From assembly GCA_016218805.1 (NCBI GenBank), contig JACRCW010000168.1, positions 1-64,000 of the forward strand: a stretch of 64,000 nucleotides of DNA. Reading direction: 5' to 3'. Origin of the DNA: Deltaproteobacteria bacterium. GTDB taxonomy: Bacteria; Myxococcota; JACRCW01. The notes under the pieces were generated by a model. It saw only the letters and a list, made by a program, of their open reading frames with translations. It searched no databases and was not told the DNA's origin. Made by a program: the position numbers and the translations under genes. Below are positions 29,720 to 41,690 of this stretch, piece by piece. Within the stretch, counting starts at the first letter, position 1. Each line of letters opens with the position of its first letter.

Positions 29720-32700
29720 GCGGCGCGGCGTCAACTACGATGCGCGGCGCCATGCCCCTTCGAGCTGCCTGCCTGTGCGCGTTTGCGCTGGCCACCGCCT
29801 GCGCCGCGCCCAGCGCCGTGGAGGTGGACGCGGCGGCGGAACAGGTGGTTTCCGGCCCGCTGGGCGTGTCCCAGGCGCACCTGTCCGCCAGCGCGGAAGG
29901 CCAGCGCCTTCGGCTGCGCGTTCCGGTGGAGTCCTGGCTGCCCGGCCCCGTGGCCATTCACGCGGCGGTCCGCGGGCTCCACGGCGAACTGCTGGGAAGC
30001 GCAGACGCCGTGGGGCGCTCCGGCCAGACCACCCTCCTGTTGGTCCCCGCCGGCGGGCCCTTGCGCGACCTGGGCGACCACGCGCGCCGGGTGCTGCACC
30101 TGCGGGTCAGCCAGGGACCGTATGAGGTTCGCATCCGGCGCAGCCTGCTGGCCCTGGTGACCCTGCCGGCCGGAAGCGTGGAACTGCCCCGCAGCGCCGA
30201 GGAGGGCGCCGCAGTGCCCTTCCTGGTGGCGGTGCGGCCCGCGGGAGCGTCCGCGTCCATCGCCGTGGGGGCGGGTGTCGCGCTGGGCCAGGATACCGTT
30301 GCCGGGGGTGTGTCCGGCCTGCTGCCGCCCGTGGCGGTGGGCGGCGTAGACGTGGATGTGGTCCTGCGTGCGGCGGACGGCACCACCCGGCACCTGCCGC
30401 GGGCCCTCCAGGTGGTGCCCCGTCCCCTTGCCTACCTGGTGCGTGCCGCCGTGACCGCCGGCCCTGACCAGGCGGTGGGGGTCCTGGTGGTCCCCGCCCC
30501 GCCGCCGGGCAGCTGGCTGCGGCTGCTGGAGCCGGATGGACGCGCGCGGCAGTTTGCGCCGGTGTCCACGGTGGGCACCGTGGGCGCCGCGCAGGTGGTG
30601 GTCCCGGGCGACGTGGTGCGCGGTGAGGGGTCCGTGGCCCTGGTGGTGGACGGGATTCCGGTGGCGTCCACCCCGGTGGGGATGGTGGGCCGGGCGTTGG
30701 AGGCGGCTCGGCTGGGGCTGGAGTGGGCGGAGGTGGGCGCGCGCACCCGCATGGAGCTGCACGCGTCTGACGTCTGGGGGCGGCCCATGTCTGGCCAGGT
30801 GCGGTTTGCGGCGCTGCACGGCGGGTTGCGCACGTTGGATGGCACGGCACCGCTGGCGGATGGGCGGGCCAGCGTGGAAGCCAGGACGGCGGCGTTGCTG
30901 GCGGGGCCTGGGGGCGGGGCGCTGGCGGTCACGGCCACCGTCATCGCTGAGGACGGCGGCGCGGCCACGCTCCAAAGGATGCTGTTCCTGGGGGGCGCGG
31001 GGCTTGAGGTGCAGGGGGTGGCCGCGCCGTGCGTGGCCGGGGGCGGCTGCGCCGTGGATGTGCTGGTGAGCGGGATGGGCGGCACGCCGGTTTCCGCGGA
31101 GGTGCTGGTGCAGGCGCCGGGAACGCAGGGGACCGTGCGCACCGCGGCGGACGGCTACGCGCAGGCCTGGGTGCCAGCGCTGGAGCCGGGGCGGCGCGCC
31201 CTCCAGCTGCGCGCGTGCGACGCGGGTGGAGCTTGCGGGACGGCCGTGGTCCTCCAGGACGTGGCGGCGCAGGGGCCGCTGGACCTGCACGTGGGCGGGC
31301 CGGTCCTGGTGCAGGCGGGCGTGGAGACGCGCTGGTGGATGGAGTCCACCGGAGGGCGCGCCGGCCTGCTGACCTGGCTGGCCGCGCCGGGCACCGGCCT
31401 GACGGGGGAGGCCACGCTGGCGGGCGGCGCGCGGTTTGTGGACGGCCCACCCGAAGGCAGCGCCACCCTCCACCGGCCGGGCATCTACTGGCTGCACGCG
31501 GCCGTCCTGGATGACTCGGGCATTGTGGCGACGGGCCGGCGCGTGGTGGTGACGCCGGCGCTGGCCGCGGGGCCGGCCATGGTGTTGGGAGGTGGCCGCG
31601 CCCAAGTGGTGGCTCCCGGAGCGGTGGTGGCCGCCGGGTGGACGTGCGGCGGCGCAAGCGAACTGGGCAGCGCGTGGCAAGCCGGGGCGCTGGGGGCGTC
31701 AGGCGCGGGGTGGCTGCGGGTGGACCCGGCGCGGGGAGCGCGCATGTCGCCGGCCGCCCTGGCGGCGGCGGTATCCACGGCGCCGGTTGAGACCGCGGCG
31801 CTTGAGCCGGACGTCCTGCGCGCCCGTGCAGAACTGGAAGCGCGGGTGGCGGAAGACCTGGAAGCGGTGGCCGCGGAGGCGCGGGCGCTGGTCGCGGAAG
31901 GGTCGCTGACGACGACCGGGCTGGGGGCGTGGCTGGAGCGGCGGCGGGCGGCGTACGTGGACACCTTTGGGCAGCGCTACCTGCTGTGGGCGGAATCCGG
32001 CCGGCTCAAGCTGCGCGGGCGCGGGCCGGATGAGGTCAGTGACACGGATGACGACGTGGAAGCGCAGGTCCCCATGGAGCGCCTGGTGAGCGCCGCCGCC
32101 GGGGACCCCCCTGACCCCGCCGTGGCGGACCCACCTGATCCCGCGGTGGAGGTCAACAGTCCCGCGGTACGGTGGGCGGCGGCGCCGGACGAGGTGGACC
32201 TGCCAGAACCCCCCGCCTGCCCGGGCCACCTCCGCGTGGTGGCCGCCGCCGTCCGGTCCGACGGCGCGGTGGGCACCCGCGACGCGGAGGTCGCCGCCAC
32301 GGGCGCAGTGCCCACGTGGACAGCGGTGGCGCCGCGGCGGACCGTGGGTGATTCCGTGCTGGCGCGGGCCGCCCTTGAGGGCGCGGGCCAGGCCGCGTGG
32401 CGGGTGGAAGGGCCCGGTGTCCTGCACACCGCCCGGGTGGACGCGGCGGGCGCGGCGCAGGTCATCTCACCAACGGGGGAAGGGACCGTCACGGCCGCGC
32501 TGGAGGGTGACGGCCGCGTGCTGTCCAGTTCCGCCACGGGGCGGGTGCTGCCGGCCGCCCCAGCACTGCCCACCACGCGCGTGACGCTGTGCCCGGCAAG
32601 CGGGCCGTGTGCCGTGGACCTGCCGGAGGACAGTTGGGCCTGGTTGTGGGGGGGGGCGGCGGACGCGTGTTCGCGCGGCTTGGAGGTCCTGCGCGGGCGG

Positions 32701-33783
32701 CCGCCGCCAGAGGCCGCGGGGCTGGCGCTGGCCGCCGCCGAGGCGGGGGATGACCTGGCGTTCCAGCGCGCCTGGCCGGAAGCCCTGGAAGCGGCGGCGG
32801 CAACGGCGGCGGCGCGTCCTGCCGTGGTGGAAGCGGCGCTGGCGTTCCGGCAGCGCCGGGGACATGACCCGGCCGGGCCCATGGCGGCGTGGACTGACGG
32901 CGTCCTGGCCGGGATGCCCGCGGTCCCCGGCGTGTCGCCCAGGTTGGCCAGCGCGTGGCAGGCGTGGATCGCATCTCGGGCGGGACGCCCCCACGCCGCG
33001 GGGTCCGTGCGCGCCGTCCTCCAGGCTGCCGCATCCGCCGACGACGCGGCGTCCGCCGCGTGGGCGCTGGCGGCGTTGGCAGCGGAGGGCGCGGCCACCG
33101 CGGAGGACGAACAACGCGTGCTGGCAGCCGGCCCCGCCGACGGTTGGTCCCGCGCCGGCCTGGCGCGATTCCAGCTCCTCAAGGGCAACCGCGCGGCGGC
33201 GGAGGCGGTGCTCGCATCAACGGGGGAGCTGCTGGGCGCGCCGGCGCCGCCGCACCAGCAGGCCCGCGCGGCGGCCGCGTGGTGCGCGCTGGGGACCGGA
33301 GCGCCGCCGTCAGGCACCCCAACCGCAACAGACGCCGCCGGGGCCGTGCTCCCCGTGGCCCGCGCCGCGGGCGGGTGGGGGTTCCGCGCGGCCGGCCCCG
33401 GCCCGTACGCCGTCTCCGGCGCATGGGCGTGGGCGGTGGATGCCACCGTCCCGGTGGTTGGGACCGTGGGACCCATGGGTGCGTCCTGGTCCCAGGGGGC
33501 CGTTGGGGACATCCTGGAGGTCGGCCTGCCTGCGTCCCACGCGGAGGACTGGTGGTTCCTGGAGGCCCCCCCGGGCTTCGGTTGGGTGGCAGCGTCGCTC
33601 CCTCAGGGGCGGGCCGCCACCCGGCGGGAGGGCGGCTGGTGGGTGCGCGGCGGAGCCGTCTTCACCGTCAAGTTCCGCGCGCGTGAACCCGTGGACGCCC
33701 TGGTGCCGCACGCCGCGCTGTGGACGCCGCACCTGGGCGCGCTCCCCACGGTGGCGACGGGCCGCCGTGTGCGGGTCCGCTGA
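29716..33783 (+). CDS. Large Ala/Gly-rich lipoprotein, highly diverged alpha-2-macroglobulin-like
   Basis: Lipobox LATA-C; beta-rich N-terminal domains; D.FG..Y...GPD...T.DD insert; helical region; VGD...PPGF C-terminal segment; no CxEQ. Confidence 0.55.
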   Translation: MSGAASTTMRGAMPLRAACLCAFALATACAAPSAVEVDAAAEQVVSGPLGVSQAHLSASAEGQRLRLRVPVESWLPGPVAIHAAVRGLHGELLGSADAVGRSGQTTLLLVPAGGPLRDLGDHARRVLHLRVSQGPYEVRIRRSLLALVTLPAGSVELPRSAEEGAAVPFLVAVRPAGASASIAVGAGVALGQDTVAGGVSGLLPPVAVGGVDVDVVLRAADGTTRHLPRALQVVPRPLAYLVRAAVTAGPDQAVGVLVVPAPPPGSWLRLLEPDGRARQFAPVSTVGTVGAAQVVVPGDVVRGEGSVALVVDGIPVASTPVGMVGRALEAARLGLEWAEVGARTRMELHASDVWGRPMSGQVRFAALHGGLRTLDGTAPLADGRASVEARTAALLAGPGGGALAVTATVIAEDGGAATLQRMLFLGGAGLEVQGVAAPCVAGGGCAVDVLVSGMGGTPVSAEVLVQAPGTQGTVRTAADGYAQAWVPALEPGRRALQLRACDAGGACGTAVVLQDVAAQGPLDLHVGGPVLVQAGVETRWWMESTGGRAGLLTWLAAPGTGLTGEATLAGGARFVDGPPEGSATLHRPGIYWLHAAVLDDSGIVATGRRVVVTPALAAGPAMVLGGGRAQVVAPGAVVAAGWTCGGASELGSAWQAGALGASGAGWLRVDPARGARMSPAALAAAVSTAPVETAALEPDVLRARAELEARVAEDLEAVAAEARALVAEGSLTTTGLGAWLERRRAAYVDTFGQRYLLWAESGRLKLRGRGPDEVSDTDDDVEAQVPMERLVSAAAGDPPDPAVADPPDPAVEVNSPAVRWAAAPDEVDLPEPPACPGHLRVVAAAVRSDGAVGTRDAEVAATGAVPTWTAVAPRRTVGDSVLARAALEGAGQAAWRVEGPGVLHTARVDAAGAAQVISPTGEGTVTAALEGDGRVLSSSATGRVLPAAPALPTTRVTLCPASGPCAVDLPEDSWAWLWGGAADACSRGLEVLRGRPPPEAAGLALAAAEAGDDLAFQRAWPEALEAAAATAAARPAVVEAALAFRQRRGHDPAGPMAAWTDGVLAGMPAVPGVSPRLASAWQAWIASRAGRPHAAGSVRAVLQAAASADDAASAAWALAALAAEGAATAEDEQRVLAAGPADGWSRAGLARFQLLKGNRAAAEAVLASTGELLGAPAPPHQQARAAAAWCALGTGAPPSGTPTATDAAGAVLPVARAAGGWGFRAAGPGPYAVSGAWAWAVDATVPVVGTVGPMGASWSQGAVGDILEVGLPASHAEDWWFLEAPPGFGWVAASLPQGRAATRREGGWWVRGGAVFTVKFRAREPVDALVPHAALWTPHLGALPTVATGRRVRVR

Positions 33784-33827
33784 GGCCTTGTGGCGCGGGC
33801 CCCGTTGCGTCAGGGTCCGCGGCCGCC

Positions 33828-34844
33828 ATGGCTCCTGCCTTCCACCTGCTCGCGCTTGCCCTCACGCAGTCCCCGGACGCACCACCGCCCCAGCAGCCGG
33901 CTGTGCCCCCGCCGCCCGTCGTGCAGGCGCCCGTGTACCAGCCGCCGCCCGCGGCCCCGTTGCCCCCGCCTGCGCCTCTCCCTCCGCCGGCGCCCCCGGC
34001 GCCTCCCCCCGCGCCTCCCCCCCCTCCTCCTCCGCCGCCTCCGCCTCCGGCACCACCACCGGCGCAGCCGTCGCTCGCGCCGCCCTACCGCGTGCTGTTC
34101 GCTCCGTGCGCGTCAGAGGCGGGCGGCCTGGCACCGCGGCTGCGTGACATTGTCCTGGCGGGTGCACTGCAGGGCGGCGCGGTGACCCCCGTGGCGGAGC
34201 CACTCAATGACGCCACCTGGCTGGCCATGGCCACGCGCACAGACCCGGTGTCTCTGGCGGCGGCGGGTACCGCCGCGGGTGCTGAGAAGGTGGTGTGCGT
34301 GGCGTTGCAGTCCGGCGGGGCCGCGCCTGCTGTCGTCGTCAACTGGGTGGATGCGCAGACCGCGCAGGTGGGGTTTGCGCGCGTGATTCCCACGGATGGG
34401 ACGGAGGGCTCCGCGCTGACTGCGGCTGCCGCCGCCGGCCGTGAACTGTCCGATCACGTCCGTGTCCTGCGCGCCAACCGCGCCGTGACTCCGCCGCCGC
34501 CGACGGGTGAGGCCGCGGCGCAACCCTCCACGCGCGCCGTCAGCGTGCGCAACCGCCTGGGATGGATGGGTGGCGCCGGCGTGGCGCTCGTCGCCATGGG
34601 GGTCGCTTCCCTGCTGATGGCGCCGGCGTCGCTGCTGCTCGCCGGGGCCGCGCATATGGTCGGCAACCAGCTGGTGCTGCTGGCGCCGGGGCAGGACCCG
34701 CCGCGCTACTTCTCGCCCGTGTACACGCAGACCTGGGGTGACTTTGCCATCGCCTTGGTCCTTGCCACCGCCGGGCTGCTGGGCGTGGTGGCCGGCGCCG
34801 CCGCCATTGCAGGTGAACTCACCTGGATGTTCCTGGGCCGCTGA
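33828..34844 (+). CDS. Pro-rich exported/membrane hypothetical protein
   Basis: Signal-like N-terminus, poly-Pro stretch, alpha/beta domain, two C-terminal TM helices. Confidence 0.65.
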   Translation: MAPAFHLLALALTQSPDAPPPQQPAVPPPPVVQAPVYQPPPAAPLPPPAPLPPPAPPAPPPAPPPPPPPPPPPPAPPPAQPSLAPPYRVLFAPCASEAGGLAPRLRDIVLAGALQGGAVTPVAEPLNDATWLAMATRTDPVSLAAAGTAAGAEKVVCVALQSGGAAPAVVVNWVDAQTAQVGFARVIPTDGTEGSALTAAAAAGRELSDHVRVLRANRAVTPPPPTGEAAAQPSTRAVSVRNRLGWMGGAGVALVAMGVASLLMAPASLLLAGAAHMVGNQLVLLAPGQDPPRYFSPVYTQTWGDFAIALVLATAGLLGVVAGAAAIAGELTWMFLGR

Positions 34845-34936
34845 GCCCGCCGCATGCACAACTTAACCCTCTTTGCGTGCCAACCCGGCGGTGCGTGCCT
34901 AGCTTCCGTGCCGTGACCCGTCCGCGGCTGCCCTCC

Positions 34937-35914
34937 ATGCCCGCACCGCTGCGCCCTGCCTACCGCGAAGCCCGGCAGGTGCTGGCGCGGCTGCACGGTC
35001 TGCACCGCTCCCGCCTGCTGGCCGCCGCCAGCGGCGGGCCGGACTCCGCGTTGCTGGTGCACGTGTTGGCCGCGGCGGCGCCGCGCATGGGCTTTGACGT
35101 CGTGGGGGTGCACGTGGACCACGGGCTCACCGCCGCCGCGCATGACCTGGCGCACCACGCGCGCGCAGCGTGTGACGGGGCGGGCGTGCCGTTCTTTGCC
35201 GTGCGCGTGCACGTCCAGGCGCAGGGACATGAGGGCCTGGAGTCCGCCGCACGGCGCGCCCGCTGGGATGCGCTGCGCGCCGCGGCGCGTTCCCACGGTG
35301 CGGCCTGGGTGTGCACCGGGCACAACGCTACCGACGTGGCGGAGACGTTTGTGCAGCGCATCCTGGAGGGGGCGGGCCGCGGACAGGCCGCCATGCAGCC
35401 CGTGGACGGGACCACCGTGCGTCCGCTGGTGGGGCTGACGCGCGCGCAGGTGCGGCGTATCGCCGGCGCGCTGCAACTGCCGTCGGTGGATGACCCCATG
35501 AATGACAACCCCGCGTTCCTGCGCGGCTGGATGCGCACGCGGCTGTGGCCCATTCTCGTTGAGCGCTTCCCGTCTGCAGACCTCACGCTGGCGCGCGCCG
35601 CGGGCCTGGCCGCGGCCGACCGGGACGCGCTGGATGCGCTGTCACTCGACGTGAAGACGGAGCACGCGCGCGCCGCACTGGCGCGCCTGCCGGAGGCGCT
35701 GCGGTTGCGCGCGTTGCGCGGTATGGTGGAAGCCGCGCGCGGCGGGCCGCTGCGGACGGGCGCGGAAGCCGTGCGGCGCGCGTCGTCGGCGGTGGTCGCG
35801 CGCGGCGGTCCCACGCGGCGCTTCAAGGTGGGTGACACGTGGCTGGTGGTGGGGACGGACCAGGTGCGGGCGCAGCGTGCGGCCGCGGGAGATCGGGCGG
35901 CGCCGTCTGCTTGA
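34937..35914 (+). CDS. tilS: tRNA(Ile)-lysidine synthetase
   Basis: SGGPDS PP-loop, HVDHGL, E..AR.AR, TGH...D.AET, VRPL, DPMN; directly upstream of ftsH. Confidence 0.9.
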   Translation: MPAPLRPAYREARQVLARLHGLHRSRLLAAASGGPDSALLVHVLAAAAPRMGFDVVGVHVDHGLTAAAHDLAHHARAACDGAGVPFFAVRVHVQAQGHEGLESAARRARWDALRAAARSHGAAWVCTGHNATDVAETFVQRILEGAGRGQAAMQPVDGTTVRPLVGLTRAQVRRIAGALQLPSVDDPMNDNPAFLRGWMRTRLWPILVERFPSADLTLARAAGLAAADRDALDALSLDVKTEHARAALARLPEALRLRALRGMVEAARGGPLRTGAEAVRRASSAVVARGGPTRRFKVGDTWLVVGTDQVRAQRAAAGDRAAPSA

Positions 35915-35990
35915 CGTGCGACCGCGTGTTATGGTGCAGCATCTTTCATTGCGGGTTCGGCCTACCGGGCCCTGAAAGCAGGACGTCATC

Positions 35991-37943
<1,953 letters not shown>

Positions 37944-37995
37944 ACCCGCCGTTTGGCCGATTGCGCGCCCGCCCCGGCGGCGTCACAAGCGCGCC

Positions 37996-38865
37996 ATGCT
38001 GGTTGCGCGCACCATTCCACCGCCCATCCGGGCGGGCCAACACGTCCTCCATTTTGAGAACCGCACGCTGGTGCTGGGCGTGCTCAACGTGACGCCGGAC
38101 AGCTTCTCGGACGGGGGACGGTATGCCTCCGCCGCGGACGCCGTGGCCGCGGGGGTGCGCCTGTGGGAGGAGGGCGCGGACATCCTGGACGTGGGCGGCG
38201 AATCCACGCGCCCGGGCGCCGAGGAAATCCCCGAGACGGTGGAGCTGCAGCGCGTGGTCCCCGTGGTGGAGGCGCTGGCCGGCCGCGGCATCCCCGTCAG
38301 CGTGGACACGCGCCACGCGCCGGTGGCGGCGGCCGCGCTGAAGGCCGGCGCAGGCCTCATCAATGACGTCACCGCGCTCACGCACGATCCCGCGATGGTG
38401 GACGTGGCCGGCAGCAGCGGCGCCGCGGTGATCCTCATGCACATGCGCGGTGCGCCGCGCTCCATGCAGCAGGGCAGCCTGCATTATGACGACGTGGTGG
38501 AGGAGGTGACCACGTACCTGGAGGGCCGCGTGGAGCGGCTGGTGGGGCAGGGCCTCACGCGCGAACAGCTGCTGATTGACCCCGGCATGGGGTTTGGCAA
38601 GGGCGTGGCGGATAACGTGGAGCTGATGACGGGGATGGAGCGGCTCACGCGTTCCGGCCGCGCGGTGGTGTGGGGGCCGTCCCGCAAGAGCACGCTGGGG
38701 CACCTGCTGGGCGGCGTGCCGCCGGCGGCGCGGCTGATGGGGACGGTGGCGTCGTGCGTGGTGGCGGTGGCCGGCGGCGCGCACGTGGTGCGCGTGCACG
38801 ACGTGGCGGCGGTGCGGCAGGCGCTGGCGGTGGCGGACGCGGGGCGCGGCGCTTTCATCGCGTGA
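37996..38865 (+). CDS. folP: Dihydropteroate synthase
   Basis: GVLNVTPDSFSDGG, DVGGESTRPG, SVDT, IND, DPGMGFGK, SRKS, RVHDV. Confidence 0.97.
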   Translation: MLVARTIPPPIRAGQHVLHFENRTLVLGVLNVTPDSFSDGGRYASAADAVAAGVRLWEEGADILDVGGESTRPGAEEIPETVELQRVVPVVEALAGRGIPVSVDTRHAPVAAAALKAGAGLINDVTALTHDPAMVDVAGSSGAAVILMHMRGAPRSMQQGSLHYDDVVEEVTTYLEGRVERLVGQGLTREQLLIDPGMGFGKGVADNVELMTGMERLTRSGRAVVWGPSRKSTLGHLLGGVPPAARLMGTVASCVVAVAGGAHVVRVHDVAAVRQALAVADAGRGAFIA

Positions 38866-38907
38866 ACGGCGCGGTTGTGGCACAACGGGTCCCGGAGGGC
38901 CGCGGTC

Positions 38908-40287
38908 ATGGCGCGCGAGTGGTTTGGGACGGACGGGATACGCGGGCTGGCGGGGCAGGAGCCCATGTCACCGGAGATGGCGCTGCGCGTGGGGCGCGCC
39001 CTCAGTGAGCTGGTTGACCAGGGCGTGATCCACGGCGCCGCGCGCAAGCCGGGCCACCGGCCGCGCATTGTCATTGGCAAGGACACGCGGCTGAGCGGCT
39101 ACATGCTGGAGAACGCGCTGGCGTCCGGGATCATTGCGCAGGCCGTGGACGTGCTGCTGGTGGGGCCGCTGCCCACGCCGGGGATTGCGTTCATCACCCG
39201 CTCCATGCGCGCGGATGCCGCGCTGGTGGTGTCCGCCAGCCACAACCCGTTTGAGGACAACGGGATCAAGATCTTTGCCGGGGACGGCTTCAAGCTGCCG
39301 GATGACGTGGAAGAGCGCCTGGAGGGGCTCATCCGGGATGGTGCGCTTGCAGCGCGCGGGGCCACGCACAAGAAGCTGGGACGCGCGTTCCGCGTGGATG
39401 ACGCTGTGGGCCGCTACGTGGTGTTCCTTAAGGCCACCTTCCCGGACGAGTTGTCCCTGGACGGCCTGAAGGTGGTGGTGGACTGCGCGCATGGCGCCGC
39501 CTACCGCGTGGCCCCGGAAGTGTTCCGCGAGCTTGGCGCTGACGTCACCGAGCTGGCCGTGGAGCCGGACGGGCTGAACATCAACGACCAGTGCGGCGCG
39601 CTGCACCCGGCCACGCTGCAGGGGGAAGTGCGCAAGCACGGTGCGGACATCGGCATTGCGCTGGACGGGGACGCGGACCGCGTCATCGTGGTGGACGAGA
39701 AGGGTGAAGTGGTGGATGGCGACCAGATCATGGCCGCCTGTGCGCGCGAGCTCATTGGCAAGGGGGCGCTGGCGCACAACACGCTGGTGGCCACGGTGAT
39801 GAGCAACATTGGCCTGGACCGCTACCTCAAGGCGCTGGGCGGCAACGTGGTGCGCACGCCGGTGGGGGACCGCTACGTGGTGGAGGAGATGCGGCGCGGC
39901 GGGTTCACGCTGGGCGGCGAACAGAGCGGGCACCTCATCTTCCTGGACCACACCACCACGGGTGACGGCGTGGTGGCCGCCCTCAGCCTGCTGTCCCTGA
40001 TGGTGCGCGAGGGCAAGCCGCTCTCCCAGCTCACCCGCGCCATGGAAGTGCTGCCGCAGAAGCTGGTGAGCTTCCCGGTGAAGGCCAAAAAGCCGCTGGA
40101 GGAGTTGGGGGGGGCGCTCAAGGTGGTGCAGGACATTGAGAAGGCGCTGGGGGAGGAAGGGCGCGTGCTGGTCCGCTACAGTGGCACGGAGAACAAGGCG
40201 CGCGTGCTGGTGGAAGGCGCGGACGCGCAGCGGATCGGCCGCTACGCGGATGAGATTGCCGAGGCCATTCGCGTGGCGCTGGGGTGA
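38908..40287 (+). CDS. glmM: Phosphoglucosamine mutase
   Basis: FGTDGIRG, GKDTRLSGYMLE, SASHNP..DNGIK, DGDADR, GGEQSGH, RYSGTE. Confidence 0.97.
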   Translation: MAREWFGTDGIRGLAGQEPMSPEMALRVGRALSELVDQGVIHGAARKPGHRPRIVIGKDTRLSGYMLENALASGIIAQAVDVLLVGPLPTPGIAFITRSMRADAALVVSASHNPFEDNGIKIFAGDGFKLPDDVEERLEGLIRDGALAARGATHKKLGRAFRVDDAVGRYVVFLKATFPDELSLDGLKVVVDCAHGAAYRVAPEVFRELGADVTELAVEPDGLNINDQCGALHPATLQGEVRKHGADIGIALDGDADRVIVVDEKGEVVDGDQIMAACARELIGKGALAHNTLVATVMSNIGLDRYLKALGGNVVRTPVGDRYVVEEMRRGGFTLGGEQSGHLIFLDHTTTGDGVVAALSLLSLMVREGKPLSQLTRAMEVLPQKLVSFPVKAKKPLEELGGALKVVQDIEKALGEEGRVLVRYSGTENKARVLVEGADAQRIGRYADEIAEAIRVALG

Positions 40288-40299
40288 GGTGAGGGCGGG

Positions 40300-40536
40300 A
40301 TGCCGGACACGGCCACACGCAAGCGGCGGCTCAGACCGCGGACCGTGTGCCCGCGCTGCGAGGGCTTCATGCAGCGCAAGACCACCATCAGCGAGCGGCC
40401 GCAGCACCGCCATTGGGGTGATTCGGACCCGTTCCTGAGCCTGGGCCAGGTGGATATCCACCATTTCATCTGCGTGGCCTGCGGGAACGTCAGCGCCTAT
40501 CAGCTCAAGGGCGAGGCGCCCGCCGCTTCTTCGTAG
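40300..40536 (+). CDS. Small zinc-ribbon protein
   Basis: CPRC...CVACG; follows glmM; 3' end overlaps the convergent gene by 37 nt. Confidence 0.55.
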   Translation: MPDTATRKRRLRPRTVCPRCEGFMQRKTTISERPQHRHWGDSDPFLSLGQVDIHHFICVACGNVSAYQLKGEAPAASS

Positions 40537-41561
40537 ACCTGCGCGGTGAGCCGCGCCGCCTGTTCCCACGTCATGCACGCCGCGCGCTCACGCCCCTGCC
40601 GGCTGGCTGCTTCCGGGGGCTCCTCCAGCAGCGCGCGCGCCCAGGCCACCGCGTCCAGCGGCGGCACGTAGCGCGCCACCCCGCCCGCCACTTCGTGAAA
40701 GACCGGGATGTCGCTGCACACCACCGGCGCGCCCACCGCCATCCCCTCCAGCACCGGCAGGCCAAACCCCTCCAGCGTTGAGGGCACGGCAACCACGCGC
40801 GCACGCTGCAGCAGGTCCACCATCGCGCCTTCGTCCACCGGGCCCAGGAAACGGACGCGGTCCGCCAGTCCCAGTGCGCGCGCCAGCTGTTCGCTTCCCT
40901 CCAGCGGCGTGCCCGCCACGTCCAGCCGCAGCTGCGGCGCGTGGGATACCGCGTGCAGCAGCGTCACCAGGTTCTTGTGCGGCTTGGGCCCGGTGACAAC
41001 GAGAACCGCCCCTGTGCGCGGGACCTGCTCCAGCGCCAGCAGCGCGGGCTCCACGCCATTGGGCACCACGCGGATGCGCTCCAGCGGCACGCGCAGGTGC
41101 TCAAAGATGGCGCTGCGCGCGTCCTGGCTCACCGTCAGCACCAGGCGCGCGCGGCGCGTGGCCGGCCGCACCAGGCCCAGGTAGTACGCGCGCTGCTTGA
41201 GGCCGTAGTCCTGCGGCCGCTGCAGGTGGATGGCGTCATGCAGCGTCACCACAAACGGCGCGGTCAGCAGCGGGGATACCGAGAAGGACGGCGCGTGGAA
41301 CAGCCGCGGGCCCAGCTGCGCCACCGCCGCGGGAACCGCCACCGCCTCCACCGGGTCCAGGAAGCCCGCGGCCACCGCCACGTGCGTGAATTCGTCCCGC
41401 AGGGAGGCCGGCGCGTCCGGGCCCAGCAGCAGCGTGGGGCGCCACTCCGGGACGTGGCGCACCAGCGCCCGGGCCAGCCCCACCACGTGCCGCGCAATGC
41501 CGTGCAGCCGCGGCCCCACCATCCGTGCGTCCATCACCAGCGCCGTCCGGCCCATCCGCAT
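40500..41561 (-). CDS. Glycosyltransferase family 4 (GT-B)
   Basis: GIARH, VVTLHD, TVS, VPNGV, PHKN, PS..EGFGLPVLEGMA.G.PV.CSD. Confidence 0.92.
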   Translation of the reverse strand: MRMGRTALVMDARMVGPRLHGIARHVVGLARALVRHVPEWRPTLLLGPDAPASLRDEFTHVAVAAGFLDPVEAVAVPAAVAQLGPRLFHAPSFSVSPLLTAPFVVTLHDAIHLQRPQDYGLKQRAYYLGLVRPATRRARLVLTVSQDARSAIFEHLRVPLERIRVVPNGVEPALLALEQVPRTGAVLVVTGPKPHKNLVTLLHAVSHAPQLRLDVAGTPLEGSEQLARALGLADRVRFLGPVDEGAMVDLLQRARVVAVPSTLEGFGLPVLEGMAVGAPVVCSDIPVFHEVAGGVARYVPPLDAVAWARALLEEPPEAASRQGRERAACMTWEQAARLTAQVYEEAAGASPLS

Positions 41562-41690
41562 CCCGTTCTCACGGCCCGGCGGCCGCACGTGTGAGCGCGG
41601 ACACACTACCGTCCACCCTTTGGCGGACGGAAGGGGATCGGCCGGCTTCTGGCGAGGAGGGGGGGTGCCGGACTAACGTCGGCGCACCCC

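Noticed and set aside
33880..34070. C-rich repeats as a CRISPR array or non-coding repeat
   Set aside because: They encode poly-Pro inside an ORF; no repeat-spacer array or cas gene anywhere in the window
35911..35935. TTGACG...TATGGT promoter for ftsH
   Set aside because: Spacer is only 13 nt; an extended -10 alone is possible but cannot be supported
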